A DNA stretch of 63,295 bases, filler included, from Squatina squatina (Eukaryota): NCBI GenBank assembly GCA_031763465.1. It is 4 parts of 4 records of this genome, joined end to end, with 100 filler letters (N's around TTAATTAATTAA, not from the genome) between each part and the next. Parts side by side here need not be neighbours in the genome. Positions count along the whole stretch, not along the records: positions 49,445 to 63,295 come from JARFOE010000004.1; 3 more parts are not named here. One strand, 5' to 3'. Shown piece after piece: positions 50,893 through 63,087 of the stretch (position 1 is its first letter; each line of letters opens with the position of its first letter). Below the pieces are notes generated by a model that was not told the DNA's origin, did no database searches, and worked only from the letters and a program-made list of their open reading frames with translations. The position numbers and the translations under genes were made by a program.

Positions 50893-51508
50893 GGATGGCA
50901 GGATTGCCCTTTGAGGAGAGAATGAGTAGACTTGGCCTTTATTCTCCACAGTTGAGAAGAATGAGAGGAGGTCTCATTGAAACATACAAAATTCTTACAG
51001 GGTAGCTGCATGGTGCAGGGAGAACGTTTCCCCTGGTTGGGGGGAGGGGTCTAAAACCAGGAGTCACTATTTTAAAATAAAGGGTAGGCCATTTAGGACT
51101 GAGATGAGCTATTTCTTCGCTCAGAGGGTGGTGAATATTTGGAATTGTCTACCCCAGAGGGCTGTGGAGGCTCAGTCATTGAGTATATTCAAGGTAGAGA
51201 TCGATAGATTTGTAGATATTCAGGGAATCAAGGGATATGGGGATAGTGCAGGAAAATGGCACTGAAGTTGAAGATCAGCCATGGAAACATAGAAAATAGG
51301 AGCAGGAGTCGGCCATTTGGCCCTTCGAGCCTGCTCCACCGTTCAATACGATCATGGCTGATCATCCAAATTGAGTACCCTGTTCCTGCATTATCCTCAT
51401 ACCCCTTGATCTCTTTAGCCATAAGAACTATAAGCCATGATCTTGTTGAATGGCCAAGCAGGCTCAAGGGACCGAATGGCCTACTCCCTCTCCTCGTTCT
51501 TATGTTCT
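50893..51508 (+). mobile_element. CR1 LINE 3' portion carrying a nested antisense CR1 3' end (51284-51432)
   Basis: Host ORF2 end (LGLYS..LRRMRGGLIETYKIL...QRVVNIWNCLP..VEAQSLSIFKVEIDRF). The insert is bounded by duplicated AGCCATG at 51277-51283 and 51433-51439. Confidence 0.85.
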
Positions 51509-51519
51509 TCAACCATTTC

Positions 51520-51860
51520 AATCTGTGTGGTGAAGATGCTTTCAAAATGCTATTAGGTAGAAAGTTCCAGAAATTTGACTCAATGACAGTGAAGGAACAT
51601 CAGAATATGTCCAACTCTGGATGGTATGTTACATTGAGGTGATGGTCCCATGCTTCTGCTGCCCTTATCTTTCTAGGTGGTGGAGGTCACGGGTTTGAGA
51701 TAGATTGCCAAAGTCATCTTGGTGAGTTGCTGCAGTCCTGTAGATAGCATACACTGCAGCCACAGTGTGCGAATTGTGGAGGGAGTGAATATTTAAGCTT
51801 GTGAATGGGATGCTGATCAAGCGGACTACTTTCTCCTGGATGATGTCAAACTTCTTGAGG
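51520..51860 (-). mobile_element. Non-LTR retrotransposon (CR1/L2 group) ORF2 C-terminal fragment
   Basis: LKKFDIIQEKVVRLIS...NIHSLH..HTVAAVYAIYR and a downstream SFTV..S.FWN.LP motif. Confidence 0.7.
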
Positions 51861-52734
51861 ATCCCAATGCAGCTCGCTGGTTTCCAGGACACCAATTTGG
51901 ACTGGCTGGGACACTAATGGTGGCCCTGGGGCAAAGGCCCAAAGTAGCACTATGGAGCCAGGATGAGCACTCCTGTTTCTCCGAGTTCCACGTTAAGGTA
52001 AGTTAAAATTCAGAAAATTATCTTTGTATTAGTGGCATCCAACGGTCTCTTCATTCAGAAGAACTCAAAAAACAGAGCCTGTTTCAGGCTGCTTTCAGGA
52101 TCACCGATACATCATCTGAGCCAATATGGCATCACACTTCTGGTGTTGCTCAGGCAGGGGACATAGCCCACGAAATTGGTGCTGTTCACATCAGTTTTAC
52201 ACCACAAAATGGGTGCGACAGTGTCCAATCTCACCCCCACAAACTCTGAAGCTAACACCCAGAAACAGTGATCCTATGGGGTGGGGCAAAGCTGCATAAC
52301 ATGCTGTATGTAATGCACAAAGTCAGAGAGTGGGGGGCACTGAATCACATCTTTATCTCTCTTCTCGCAGTGATTTACACATCTCAACCATCTTACAGAA
52401 GCACTGCGAAGAACGGAAGAAGACTGATCACCATGAGCCAACAATGGCATCTCCTAACAGCTGGTTATTAAGTGACACTGGCAAACATCTAGGAGCAGCC
52501 TATGATGGCGTGTTCCCAGACAAATGAGCGGAAAATAATACCTTACAAAAAGCAGAATATTTCTTTTGCAGAATTTGCTCCATGCTGAGATTCTAAATCC
52601 AGAGAGCAAGAGATCGGATTCATCATTATAAATATATATCAGACTACTCAAAATCAGTTTTGAAGATTTTCAGGAGAGGAAACATGCATATATTATAATG
52701 TATAATTAAACAAAATCTTTGTTTAGATTATTAA

Positions 52735-52905
52735 TTAAACTTTAGGTATAAATTCAGGTAAAAATGTTTTTAGCTGTAAAATCTCTGTGACTGGCTGCTT
52801 TCTGTCCTGATAAAAATCAAGTCCAGTGATCAGCTCCACATCCCGTACTCGTGCTGTGTGAGCCCAGATTCGACCTTCAACCCATTGGGATTCCTCTTTG
52901 CCATC
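52735..52905 (-). CDS. ENPP1: ENPP1/3-family terminal coding exon (exon 25 equivalent); ENPP1 by position next to CCN2
   Basis: Acceptor ttttttggcAG; [56 protein letters not shown]. The family call is secure, the paralogue less so. Confidence 0.75.
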   Translation of the reverse strand, partial: DGKEESQWVEGRIWAHTARVRDVELITGLDFYQDRKQPVTEILQLKTFLPEFIPKV

Positions 52906-53292
52906 CTGCCAAAAAATACAGGATTCATTAATAATTTACACAACTTTTCTTTAATATATAAATCAAAACCTGGTAAGATTATGTTGTTAATGCAGATCAT
53001 TATATAGAAAAAAAATTAAAGCCCTGAAATGTAAAACTGATGGGCTTTAGAACCAACCAAGTGCCGGCACTGGGAAGACTGAACAGATCTTTTGTAACAT
53101 TTAGTTTCATGTAGCCGTTTAGTACCATATATTCCTTATTAAGATATAAAATTGATGCAATTTCTATTGTTTCATTAAAAAATTTCACATTAAAAACATT
53201 TTCCAAAAACACTGCATTTTATCATGATGCTGATAAGAGTCACAATTTCTATTAGTGTTTCCCAAATCTAACAGTGCTTAAGGTTTACTTAC

Positions 53293-53449
53293 TGCACAGC
53301 TCTCACTGTTGTCAGGTCTATGAGGCAGAATGAAAGCCAGTACATCCAGTGAGCCCTCACATTGCAGAGGGCTTTTCATGGTGTCTTTGCAGTTGGTAAG
53401 GACTATGTAGTAGTGAGTTGGGATGGGGATTTGTGTGTTCTTAACATAC
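53293..53449 (-). CDS. ENPP1: ENPP1/3-family penultimate exon (nuclease-like domain, exon 24 equivalent)
   Basis: 157 nt, AG/GTAAGT-bounded; [52 protein letters not shown]. Phase-compatible with the terminal exon. Confidence 0.75.
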
Positions 53450-54056
53450 CTTCAAAAAAAAACATAAATGATCACTTTCTACAAAAACAGTTATTTATTT
53501 AGTCAATGCATGATTAACAATTGTCCATCTGCTTGCTTTACTGCTTGTCCTGCTGTCTGTCTTCCAAATTGATTATTTATCGGCCTATCAATATCTATGA
53601 ATTAAGCTGATGCTTTCTCGTTCTATCTCTATGTCTCCCTGTGTATACACAACGAGATAGACTGCTATGTTGTTAAAGAAAGAGAAACGCCTGATCTGTT
53701 CTTCACTCTGTTTCTATGGGTAACCAGGAATGTTTCCTGCAGGACTGAGTTCTGGAGATTCCATCGAAGAGTGGACAACAGAAGTCGAATGTGTGGAAAG
53801 AACCTCGATCAGCGTTAATTGTACCTGTTCAACCTCCAATGCCTGGAGCTTTACCTTCAGCATCAGGACAAGTCTCCCACTTTCGTAATTCAGAGACGTT
53901 GCTCTGGAAAGGACGAAGTTAACAACCGTTTCATTTTCATGCTGAAAAAGTCGAAACCTGTCGCTGTTTCCCCCTCACTGAGCTGCAGCTGGCTGATAGC
54001 GGGCACTGAGGCCCGTTGTGTTCTGTCAATTCAACTCATAGGAGAAACGTTAAAAT

Positions 54057-54075
54057 CAGCCACTAGGTGGCGGTG
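54057..54075 (+). promoter_or_regulatory. CTCF binding motif
   Basis: CAGCCACTAGGTGGCGGTG fits CCASYAGRKGGCR and lies in a CpG-retaining patch. Confidence 0.6.
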
Positions 54076-56334
54076 ACAGAGCGTGGATTCCCACCGTTGG
54101 TCACCTTTCATCAAATAACATGACTGACACTTTCTCAACATCAATTAAGGTGAAGTTTAATTTTATTTCATAGTTCTGCTCATTAACGATTTGCATTTAT
54201 TTGCAGTTTCATAATCTCAGAAGTTGGTCAAGTGGAAACGTGATGTGTATCTCCAAAATCTTTAGAACATTTGCCATTTTGTTCAATTTCTCTCTCGCCT
54301 CTGGCTTTAACCCTCTTCACTGTTGAATACTTTGTTAACTATTGAGGAATATAATAATTCTACAATTCCTATCACGAGCCTGCTTACCCTGAATTTGTAA
54401 CGAACGTGAAAGTGACAGCTTTTAACGAGAGGCAAAATTCTATTATTTCCGAAGGGGACATTATTATTCAATTTACTTCCTCACAGGTGGATTCTATGTG
54501 TAGCAAAATTACCAGTGGCAGATCCGCCCACAGCTTCCATTTGCTGCTCTCGCTTTGACCCGCCTTACTGCCCTGTCTTATTGNNNNNNNNNNNNNNNNN
54601 NNNNNNNNNNNNNNNNNNNNNNNNNNNNNNNNNNNNNNNNNNNNNNNNNNNNNNNNNNNNNNNNNNNNNNNNNNNNNNNNNNNGCAGCCTGTATGCTTGC
54701 TTTTACCATGCATAAAAAATTAGAGAGCTTTCTATGGGCAAGAGCTGGGCAAATAGCGCAACTCTCCGCCCAGGAAAGCTCTTTTCCTGTCCAAGCAGAT
54801 GATCTGTCAAGAGAAGAGAAATCTTGACAGATCGCAAGTTCCGGATTTACGGGCATGCGCAGTGTAGCCCTAAACCCAGAACTTGCGGGGTCCCTACGGG
54901 TGCATGCAAACCTCGNNNNNNNNNNCAGAGGGACCAGAAATTCTGCCCCATTAGTGATGATTCAGTGTCGGTAATTAGCACATTCAACTTAAATTCAAAT
55001 CAGGACACAATAAAATCAAAAGATCATAAAATCAGAATCACAATGTGCAACTAGATATTCCAGTGCAACAGTGTTTGCATCGTGTAATAGGAAATATTAT
55101 CTACTTACTTTGAAAGGCTGTGTACATGGGTACAAGGTTGCTGGTGAATACACCTTCGAATTGATATTGTCCTGACTGCAAGTCTAGGTAAAAAGGGGGC
55201 ATGTTTTAAAAAATCAGTATGAAGCTTGTTGCAGATAAAAGCACATTTGTCTGGTTGTGTTTGTTTTACTCATTGTCAAAACTGGATGTAGATACAGATT
55301 GCAGAGTACTGACTAAGATTGATAGTGCAATTTACAACGAAACACAAGATATCTCACACTATTGTTCCAGTTAAAGTTGCCCNNNNNNNNNNTTCTAAAA
55401 GCACACAATTACAAAGAATTACAATCATCTTGTTGAATGAACGGCTTTGGTACAATTTGGCCACCAAATCATATAGAGCAATTTTACTGGGAGGCGGGAG
55501 GGCCTAGCAAAGCGGCACGGCCAGAGAGATTTTTGATGGAACATAGGGACAGAAACCAAACACCACAGCCACCCATCCCCATGTACATGTGGTGGGGCAG
55601 ACACAGTGGGAAATTTGATGGGCTTTTTTTTTTGGAACACTTCCTTCACCTCAATATCCACTGTGCTGCAAACATTTTCAGGAACAGCTGGATTACTGCT
55701 GTTGGAGAGAGGAAACCTGTGATAAGTCTTAAATGCAGACAGTCAAAATTGTAACAACAATAAAAGGTGAACAGCAGCAATCAATCCACACAAAGAATTA
55801 CAGTCTTCTCGTTGAAGGAGCGGCTCTGGTACAATTTGGCCACTTGAGGCAGGAAGTAGCAACGGCAATACTTCTTTTAAAAGCACATCTCATTATAGAT
55901 GTGAAATCACTGCTCGCACAAGTGTCATAGTTGGTGAAAATCTGAGGTGTTTAAGGAGTTACGTCTAGTTTGGATACAAGTCAATGCTACACTTACTGGG
56001 TGGATANNNNNNNNNNNNNNNNNNNNNNNNNNNNNNNNNNNNNNNNNNNNNNNNNNNNNNNNNNNNNNNNNNNNNNNNNNNNNNNNNNNNNNNNNNNNNN
56101 NNNNNNCTTAAGTGCCTGTAAACTGCCTGATAACCATCTCAATTGGGTCCCCCGCCACTACCAGTCAGGTTGGCCGCGCGCTGACAGACGCGCCTGGGGT
56201 AAAGATGCATGGGAGCAAAATGACAGCGGGTTCCTGACCCGCTGTCAAAAATAACAACTTTCCCACCCGACCCATCACTGATCATGCCCGCTACCACCCC
56301 GGAAAATTCTGGCCATTGTGTCGAGAATTCTTCC

Positions 56335-56468
56335 TCCAGTTCTGAGACAGAGTTTGATGCCCATCGTGTCGACTTGCAGTCTCTCAATAGATGCTGCCCT
56401 GCCTGCTGAGCGTTTCTAGTGTTTTCTGTATCTGTTTCACCTTTCTAGCATCTACAGGATTTTGCTTA
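56335..56468 (+). mobile_element. Highly decayed Penelope-like terminal fragment
   Basis: ccagttctga...tctctc..agatgctgcc..cctgctgag..tttctag.gttttctgt is similar to 47419-47526. Confidence 0.45.
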
Positions 56469-56474
56469 ACTTAC

Positions 56475-56602
56475 AGGGAAGCCATCCATTGTGGGGCGAA
56501 ATACAAGTGAACGTCTTCAATTCTTCTACTGTTGGCATAGTGCAAACGTTTTGGCAAGAAATGCTTCAGGTAGGGCTTGAAGTGTTGATTTGAAGATATG
56601 CA
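56475..56602 (-). CDS. ENPP1: ENPP1 exon 15 equivalent (phosphodiesterase domain)
   Basis: 128 nt, AG/GTAAGT-bounded; [60 protein letters not shown] is the ENPP1 signature. Confidence 0.85.
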
Positions 56603-56766
56603 CTAATGTAACAAAGAGATTACATATTAAATGCTTGTACTACACCTTTCCAAAATTGCTGTATTAGAACTTAACTACCACTGTATATTATTCAATTAGA
56701 ATAGTGCTTATTCAAGGAAAATATGAAATCCATCATGCATATTAGAAGGTTGTGAAATCCACTTAC

Positions 56767-56798
56767 ATTAAGATTTTTTACAACACCTTCTGAATCAA
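56767..56798 (-). CDS. ENPP1: ENPP1 exon 14 equivalent (32-nt micro-exon)
   Basis: ttttttttcAG|...|GTAAGT; (F)DSEGVVKNLN. Its phases join the exons on both sides. Confidence 0.85.
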
Positions 56799-57989
56799 CT
56801 GAAAAAAAAATGCAGTAGCATTAGTCACATAAGGAACAGTTAGTTAAAAAAAAAACTCTTACCCCTCCTGATGCCTCTAGCACCTCACACCTTCCCATTC
56901 GAAAGGGCAGCNNNNNNNNNNCTGAAGTCCAGGCAAAGTGCTAGTGGACTCTATTAATGATACTCTATAGACAGCAGGTAGGAGGCAAGGGCTGATTTGT
57001 TCATTCTTCTTTCCTCGCCCTCCATGGCTAAGCAGGTACCAGCATATATCTCTTGTGATGACATAGCTGAGAGCAGAAACTCAGTTTGGCAAATTCACAT
57101 TTTACGACTCCTGCATGTTTTGCTGAGACACCAGGAATCCGCCAGTAAGCCAAACCCCACATTCCACCATCCCTGCCAAACCTCAGGTTCCCCTTGCACA
57201 ATAATGTCAGATCTTGTGGTGATAAACTACAGTTCTGCTGAAACACCCCCCGTACAGCTAAACCCATTCCTCCTACCCAGGTGTGCTAAATAGCAGATAT
57301 CTACCCCCAGCTGGTACCTCTTCTTGCTGTGTATTCTCAGCTTTAAAACTAATAAGGGATAAACATGTAGTTAAAGGAATAGATGACTAAAATAAAGGCC
57401 ATAGCTAGTCGTCACAGAATAATGGACAGAATTGTGGAATTCAATCCCAAAAGTACCAAGAAAACTCTCAGAATACCATTTAATAAAAGTGGACTTTGAC
57501 TTATTCACTCCCTGTAAATCAGTGCACCTTACATTATCTCTTAAATGGCAATAAACACCTGTATAGTTATCAAACAGCAATCCTCCGACTCACTCTGTGA
57601 AACACCATGGGAGATCTACTAGTATTTAAGAATTTTAAAAAACCTTTGGACACATAAAAAGGGAGGGAAAAATTCAGTATCAACTCATCCTGCGACAGCT
57701 TGCACGTCATAACAGCACAAACAGATTCCATTTTAAAATGCAACATCTTTATTTTTGCCTGTATATTTTCCAGAGACACACTTTGCAGGTGGCAGATGAT
57801 TATGCACCCATTTCACTTGAATGACTTCATTAAAGTATCTTCTTGCATGTGCAATATCCAGCAACTTTGCTATTGCTGATCTATTGGAATTTGAAACAAA
57901 AAGGGAATGAAAAATGCAGCAACCCTGGGGAGAGCAGTGTGGGATGGTGGAGCTGTGGTTACCCCGCCTCGGCAGGGGGAGTAATTTGG

Positions 57990-58408
57990 TATAGGAACAG
58001 GAGTAGAACATTCAGCCCCTCAAGCCAGTTCCACCATTCAATTGGATCATGGCTGATCTGCAGTTGAACTCCATTTACCCACTTTTGCTCCATATCCGTT
58101 GATACCCTAACCTGGTCTTGTCTTGAAAGCTCCAGTTAACCGACAATCCACAGCCTCTTGGTGGAGCAAATTCTAGAATTCTACTACCCTTTTTGGGAAA
58201 ATGGGCTCTCTGATTTTGCTCCTGACTGGCCCAGCTCGAATTTTAAGATTACGTCCCCTTGTTCTTGATACCCCCATCAGAGGAAATAGTTTCTCTGCAT
58301 CTACCCTTTCACACCTGTTTTCATTTTAAACACCTCGATCAGATCACTCCTCAATCTTCTAAACTCAAGGGAAAACAAGCCACGGTTGTGCAACCTGTCC
58401 ACATAATA
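57990..58408 (-). mobile_element. CR1 LINE 3' portion
   Basis: Reverse complement of the ORF2 end and 3' UTR family (ataggaacaggagtag..cattcagcccctc..gatcatggctgatc). Confidence 0.8.
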
Positions 58409-58809
58409 TACAAGGTGAGACCTGGAAGATTCTGAGCGCAGAGAGAGAAACTTGTGAATAAATAATAGCCTTTAACATCACCAGCACCTCAAGATTGTTA
58501 CGATAAGTATATAATGGTCGCCAGCTTCTGCCTGTGTTCCACCATTATTTTTGATGGTAAATACAGACAGTCGTGGAGTAAACATTGCATCAACTATCAC
58601 CGGTCGTCTCTTTGTTGATGGATTGCTGCAGCAGTAGTTCACATTACTTTTTATGGATTGTGGGAATGCAAATGTAAATTCAACAGCACAAAGTACCTTC
58701 CTCTCAAACTGTTGGGCAGTCTACCTAGTTTCACGAAAGAGAAATGTCACCTTTGCTTACTAATTGTTGACTGCCAATATCTGAAATACTAAATATTTTG
58801 ATTACCTAC

Positions 58810-58941
58810 ATGTGAAATACTCCTTAGGGACATCTTTAGCTCGTATCCGAGCAGCTGGCCCATAATACAAGTGGATGTTGTCGATAGTGTCTAAATAGTT
58901 GCTCATATATGCAACCTTATTACAGTTAACTTCTTCCATTC
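58810..58941 (-). CDS. ENPP1: ENPP1 exon 13 equivalent
   Basis: 132 nt, ctttcAG/GTaggt; (G)MEEVNCNKVAYMSNYLDTIDNIHLYYGPAARIRAKDVPKEYFT. It follows the metal-binding DH motif. Confidence 0.82.
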
Positions 58942-60382
58942 CTGAAAGATATTCAAAGCAAACAGATCACAGTGAGTATAACATTTATCCAAAAGCATAA
59001 ATCTTTACCATAAAACAGCTATATGTTCCCTTTATGCTAGCAACTAAAATAGACAATAAGCTTTGAATTTTTTGTTACCAAGTTTTCTTTTTTCCTCCAA
59101 TTTTCTCCACTTCGAGTGAGGATTAAACCACCATTCAGAGAGCAGTTAAAAGGTATTTGTGCATTGGAAAGGGTACAGGGATGAGCAATAGGACATTCCA
59201 AGGGAAAACTGCAGTTAAGATTAGAGAGGTTTAAGCAGTTAAGAGGGAAGGAAAGGAGATCGCATTTAAGTATGTGAAATATTAGATGGCATTTGGTCAG
59301 ATAATTAACCCTAAATTATTGCTTTAAAATAAACCAGGACCAACTGGATTAGAGAACATAAATTAAAATTAGTGAAAAACATTCCAGAAAGAATTCTTAA
59401 AAATGATAAATGTTTGCAATAAGGCAGGATAGTAGAGGCAAAACAAGGTGTTGTTCAAGACATAACATAGTACAGGGATGAACTTCAATGGGCTGAATGA
59501 CCTTTTGTTGCCCCTGACTTTTCCTTTGCTCTTATATATACACCTCTCCCAAAGGCAGTGGCTCATACCAGGTTATAACATGAGCAGATCTCCACAGTAC
59601 CTTCCCTATGATGCCATCCTTCAGCTTGGACATTGAATACTGCAGGATATTTGACCGTAAAAGGCATCACATCCAAATCTAATCACATTTTTGCTTGATG
59701 TCAGGCTGAAGTGTACAACCTCAGTTTTCTGTTCAACCCTGAGTTGACTTTCAAATCCCACATGTGGTTCAACTTGAATCCTACAGCTCCAGTGCACAAC
59801 TCTTCTATGCCCTTCACCCCAACAGCCACTAAAACCCTCCTTTATGCTTTCATTATTTTAAGATGATTTCCTGAACTTCTCTTCATTAGTCTCCCCAACT
59901 CTACCCTACACAAACTCCAAATCATCCGCTACCTGCATCCCATCCCACAGAGCCATCCCCGTTCTCACTGACCTCTACTGGCTCCCTACCCAAAATGATG
60001 CCAAAATCCTTGATCTTATCTTCCAATCACTCTACGGCCTTGCTCCACTTCATTATCCAGAACCAGGTCGAGTAGTGTTCCCTTTCTGGTATCCTTTAGT
60101 GCCGGCCCCACCAGGGGCTAGGAGGAGGGCACCTCATTTCCATAGGTCTGGCAGGCACCAGCATCACTAAGGGCACATTTCAGACACCTGCCAGCCTACA
60201 CAGGTGGGAAACTCTGGCACCCTGGTGCCATCCAGGGTGGTAAATAACTGGAAAATTCACTTGCTGGTCCCTTACAAAAGGTGTTGATAACATGCATATA
60301 TATTTCCTAGCCTCGACTAACTATTGGGGTCACTTTTATTGTTGGAGGCTTGCACATCTCATCAAGTGCCTTGGAATGATTT

Positions 60383-60478
60383 TAGGAATATAGGAACAGG
60401 AGTAGGCCAATCAGCACCTCGAGCCTGTGCTGCCATTCAATGAGATCATGGCCAATCTGTATCTTCATTCCATTTATT
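60383..60478 (-). mobile_element. CR1 LINE 3' end
   Basis: Same family terminus, running into a gap. Confidence 0.75.
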
Positions 60479-60777
60479 NNNNNNNNNNNNNNNNNNNNNN
60501 NNNNNNNNNNNNNNNNNNNNNNNNNNNNNNNNNNNNNNNNNNNNNNNNNNNNNNNNNNNNNNNNNNNNNNNNNNNNNNTAAAATTTATATATTATCGTAC
60601 CTTCTGTGGCTGTAAGGTTGATTCTTTTATTCATTTCCTGAACAGACAGGGTCTAAGGGACATAAATGGATTCTGTTGATGTTGGCATTTACTTAGTGCC
60701 TTTGAAAATGAATTTGTAAAATTCAGAATTCTGTGAAACTAACAAACAGACCATCGAGCAGCCAGTCCTCTACTTAC

Positions 60778-60950
60778 TGAGTCATTACATGAGCATCCCA
60801 GATCATCACTTGGAATCAGTGTGGAGAGTGGACAGAAGGATAAAGCAGATACCTCAGCAGGAAACGTAGGGTTATACAAAGGATTCTTTAGCAGATGGTT
60901 TAGACTGCCATGAGATCCATTATTAGGTGCAGGCGTGATATGCAACAAGT
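60778..60950 (-). CDS. ENPP1/3-family exon 18 equivalent; paralogue uncertain (ENPP3 by scaffold order)
   Basis: 173 nt, ttAG/GTAAGT; (D)[57 protein letters not shown]. Confidence 0.88.
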
Positions 60951-61890
60951 CTAACAAGGGAAGAAAAAACAGAGTAATCCTGTTACAACAACACACTTGT
61001 GCCTTTTGTTTTTTGTTATCTCCTTTCCTTCAGTATTTATTCAAATGACACACTTGAAGAAAGCAATGGTTTACTCTGGAGTACTGGTAACCTCCGAATT
61101 GGTGCCATTGGAAAACTGGGTATTGGATACAGAGCAAATGATAAGCATCCATTAAATTTGCAAACCAACAAAGGAAGCTTTGTTCTGCACTCTCCTCAAG
61201 GCAGGTATGTGATTCTGGTTTTATTTTCCTAAAGTTTCACCCATGTGTTACATTAGCATTAACTGTCAATTTACAATAGTACCATCTGAGAGCAATCCCT
61301 GACTCACCCCTCTTCCACCTACACTGACATACCCCACTCTCACTGTATAGTACCAGCACTACATCCGTCACATCATTGCTAGCACAAAAGGAAAATGCCA
61401 TTGCCATCAATGCTGGAACAGACTATTTCAGTGCTAGGCCTGAGAATATATCTGCCCCAGCTCACAGCATAATCCCACCAAACATGGGTCTTGGCGATGC
61501 AGCTCATTGAGTCACTTGGAAGTATTTAATCATTCACATAAAGAAGTGAGATCACAGTCACCCATTTCGCCAGTAAGACAGGCTTCTCCCTTCTTTCATT
61601 GACTTGGAATTAACTGTTCAGTAAGTCAGTTTTGTGCTAAGAAAGTGTATAATCCTCTTACAAACTTAACTTTCACTAGATCCGGAACTTGTTTGCATTA
61701 AGTTTAGCCCATTGTTATTTTGTACACAATTCCACTCTGTGGTATGTGATTAAGAATTACAAAATATGCTTTTGTGATACTTAACCAGTAGGTTCAGAAC
61801 CTAATTACAGAAGAGGGTTTCCGATTTCCTATCTGCAGTCATACTTTCCAAGTAATAGATGATAACAAATTTAAAAGAGCAAAATTTGAT

Positions 61891-62702
61891 GGCCCAGAAC
61901 TTGCTGGAGCAGAACACCTCGCAGCGAGTGCCGTGAATTCAATTGTTTTGCTCACCCCTCAGGTTGTATTCTATTTGCGCTGCAAATTGCTGGAAATGCA
62001 AATTGATAATAGCGCAGTGACGTCAACGAGGCATTTGGGACCTCCTGAACATCGGGGCCAATAGTCTATCTCCTTAACCAATGAAATTTAAGCACAAAGA
62101 AAGAAAGCGTGAATGACGGACAAGGAAATAGGGTAAATTAGAGTTAAATTAGATGCAAAAAGATAAATAAAGAGGGGGGGAAAAAAAGAGTGGATTGAGA
62201 GAAAAAAGAGACAGAAATGAAAAGTAAGGAAAAAAAATGTAAAATTAAACTTTTTAATTTTAAAAACCTCTAAGAACAAATTACTACCTGCAGGAGTGAG
62301 ACTCCACAGTTTCAACTGTTCCCTTTCTGGCCTCCAAGGCTCAGTTTCATGACAGGACCATAAATCACGTCGTTAACTGGGGGAAATACCAGCCCCAAAT
62401 GTCTGCGGTAAGATTCATTTGTATTTGCAGCGCAAATCCAGCAATTTCTTGACACCCAGGAGGAGATTGACAACGAGCTCCTGTTTTTGTGAGGTTAATG
62501 GCAGAGCGGCGCAAATCATCCAGCAATTTGTGGTGATTCGCAACTCACTGCATATNNNNNNNNNNNNNNNNNNNNNNNNNNNNNNNNNNNNNNNNNNNNN
62601 NNNNNNNNNNNNNNNNNNNNNNNNNNNNNNNNNNNNNNNNNNNNNNNNNNNNNNNCCAAAGTCTGGGCAAGACCAAAAGAACCCCTGCAGAATTCTGGGG
62701 CC
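61891..62702. mobile_element. Harbinger-like non-autonomous element(s) spanning a gap
   Basis: Starts GGCCCAGAACTT and ends AATTCTGGGGCC (inverted), but the two ends lie on different contigs. Confidence 0.4.
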
Positions 62703-62955
62703 ATGAACTTTCAAACATTCTCAACAGAACAAAAACTGTAGTTAATAAATGAGTAAACAATGTTAATTAACAGTTGATCTGTAATATAGGTAATTAATTT
62801 GACAAATTTGTGTTAATTTTCCCTTAGTATTATAAATTGTAACTTTAAACTCTCCATTCATCACACTCTGGAGGAATTGGCATTGTTGATTGTGTAGTAC
62901 ATGAAATTGTGATTTTTAAGAGATCCTTTTTGTATTTTACGCTAAAGGTACTTAC

Positions 62956-63087
62956 ATGATAAATAGTCCTTGGGAACATTTTTAGCTCGAATGCGAGCAG
63001 CTGGGCCACTATACACATATAAATTCTTCACTGTGTCAAAATACTTGGTCATGTATTCAATTTGATCACAGTAAGTTTGTTCCATTC
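62956..63087 (-). CDS. ENPP3: ENPP3 exon 13 equivalent
   Basis: 132 nt, ttttccAG/GTAAGT; (G)MEQTYCDQIEYMTKYFDTVKNLYVYSGPAARIRAKNVPKDYLS. QTYC..EYMT.YF matches remembered human ENPP3 MDQTYCNKMEYMTDYF. Confidence 0.82.

Noticed and set aside
55700-55760. Minus-strand GFLSP as an ENPP exon 21 end
   Set aside because: The upstream frame has no ENPP similarity and hits a stop; no suitable donor.
52735-58941. ENPP1 as a naturally compact gene lacking exons 16-23
   Set aside because: Several gaps of nominal size lie in the interval; the missing exons are most simply unassembled.
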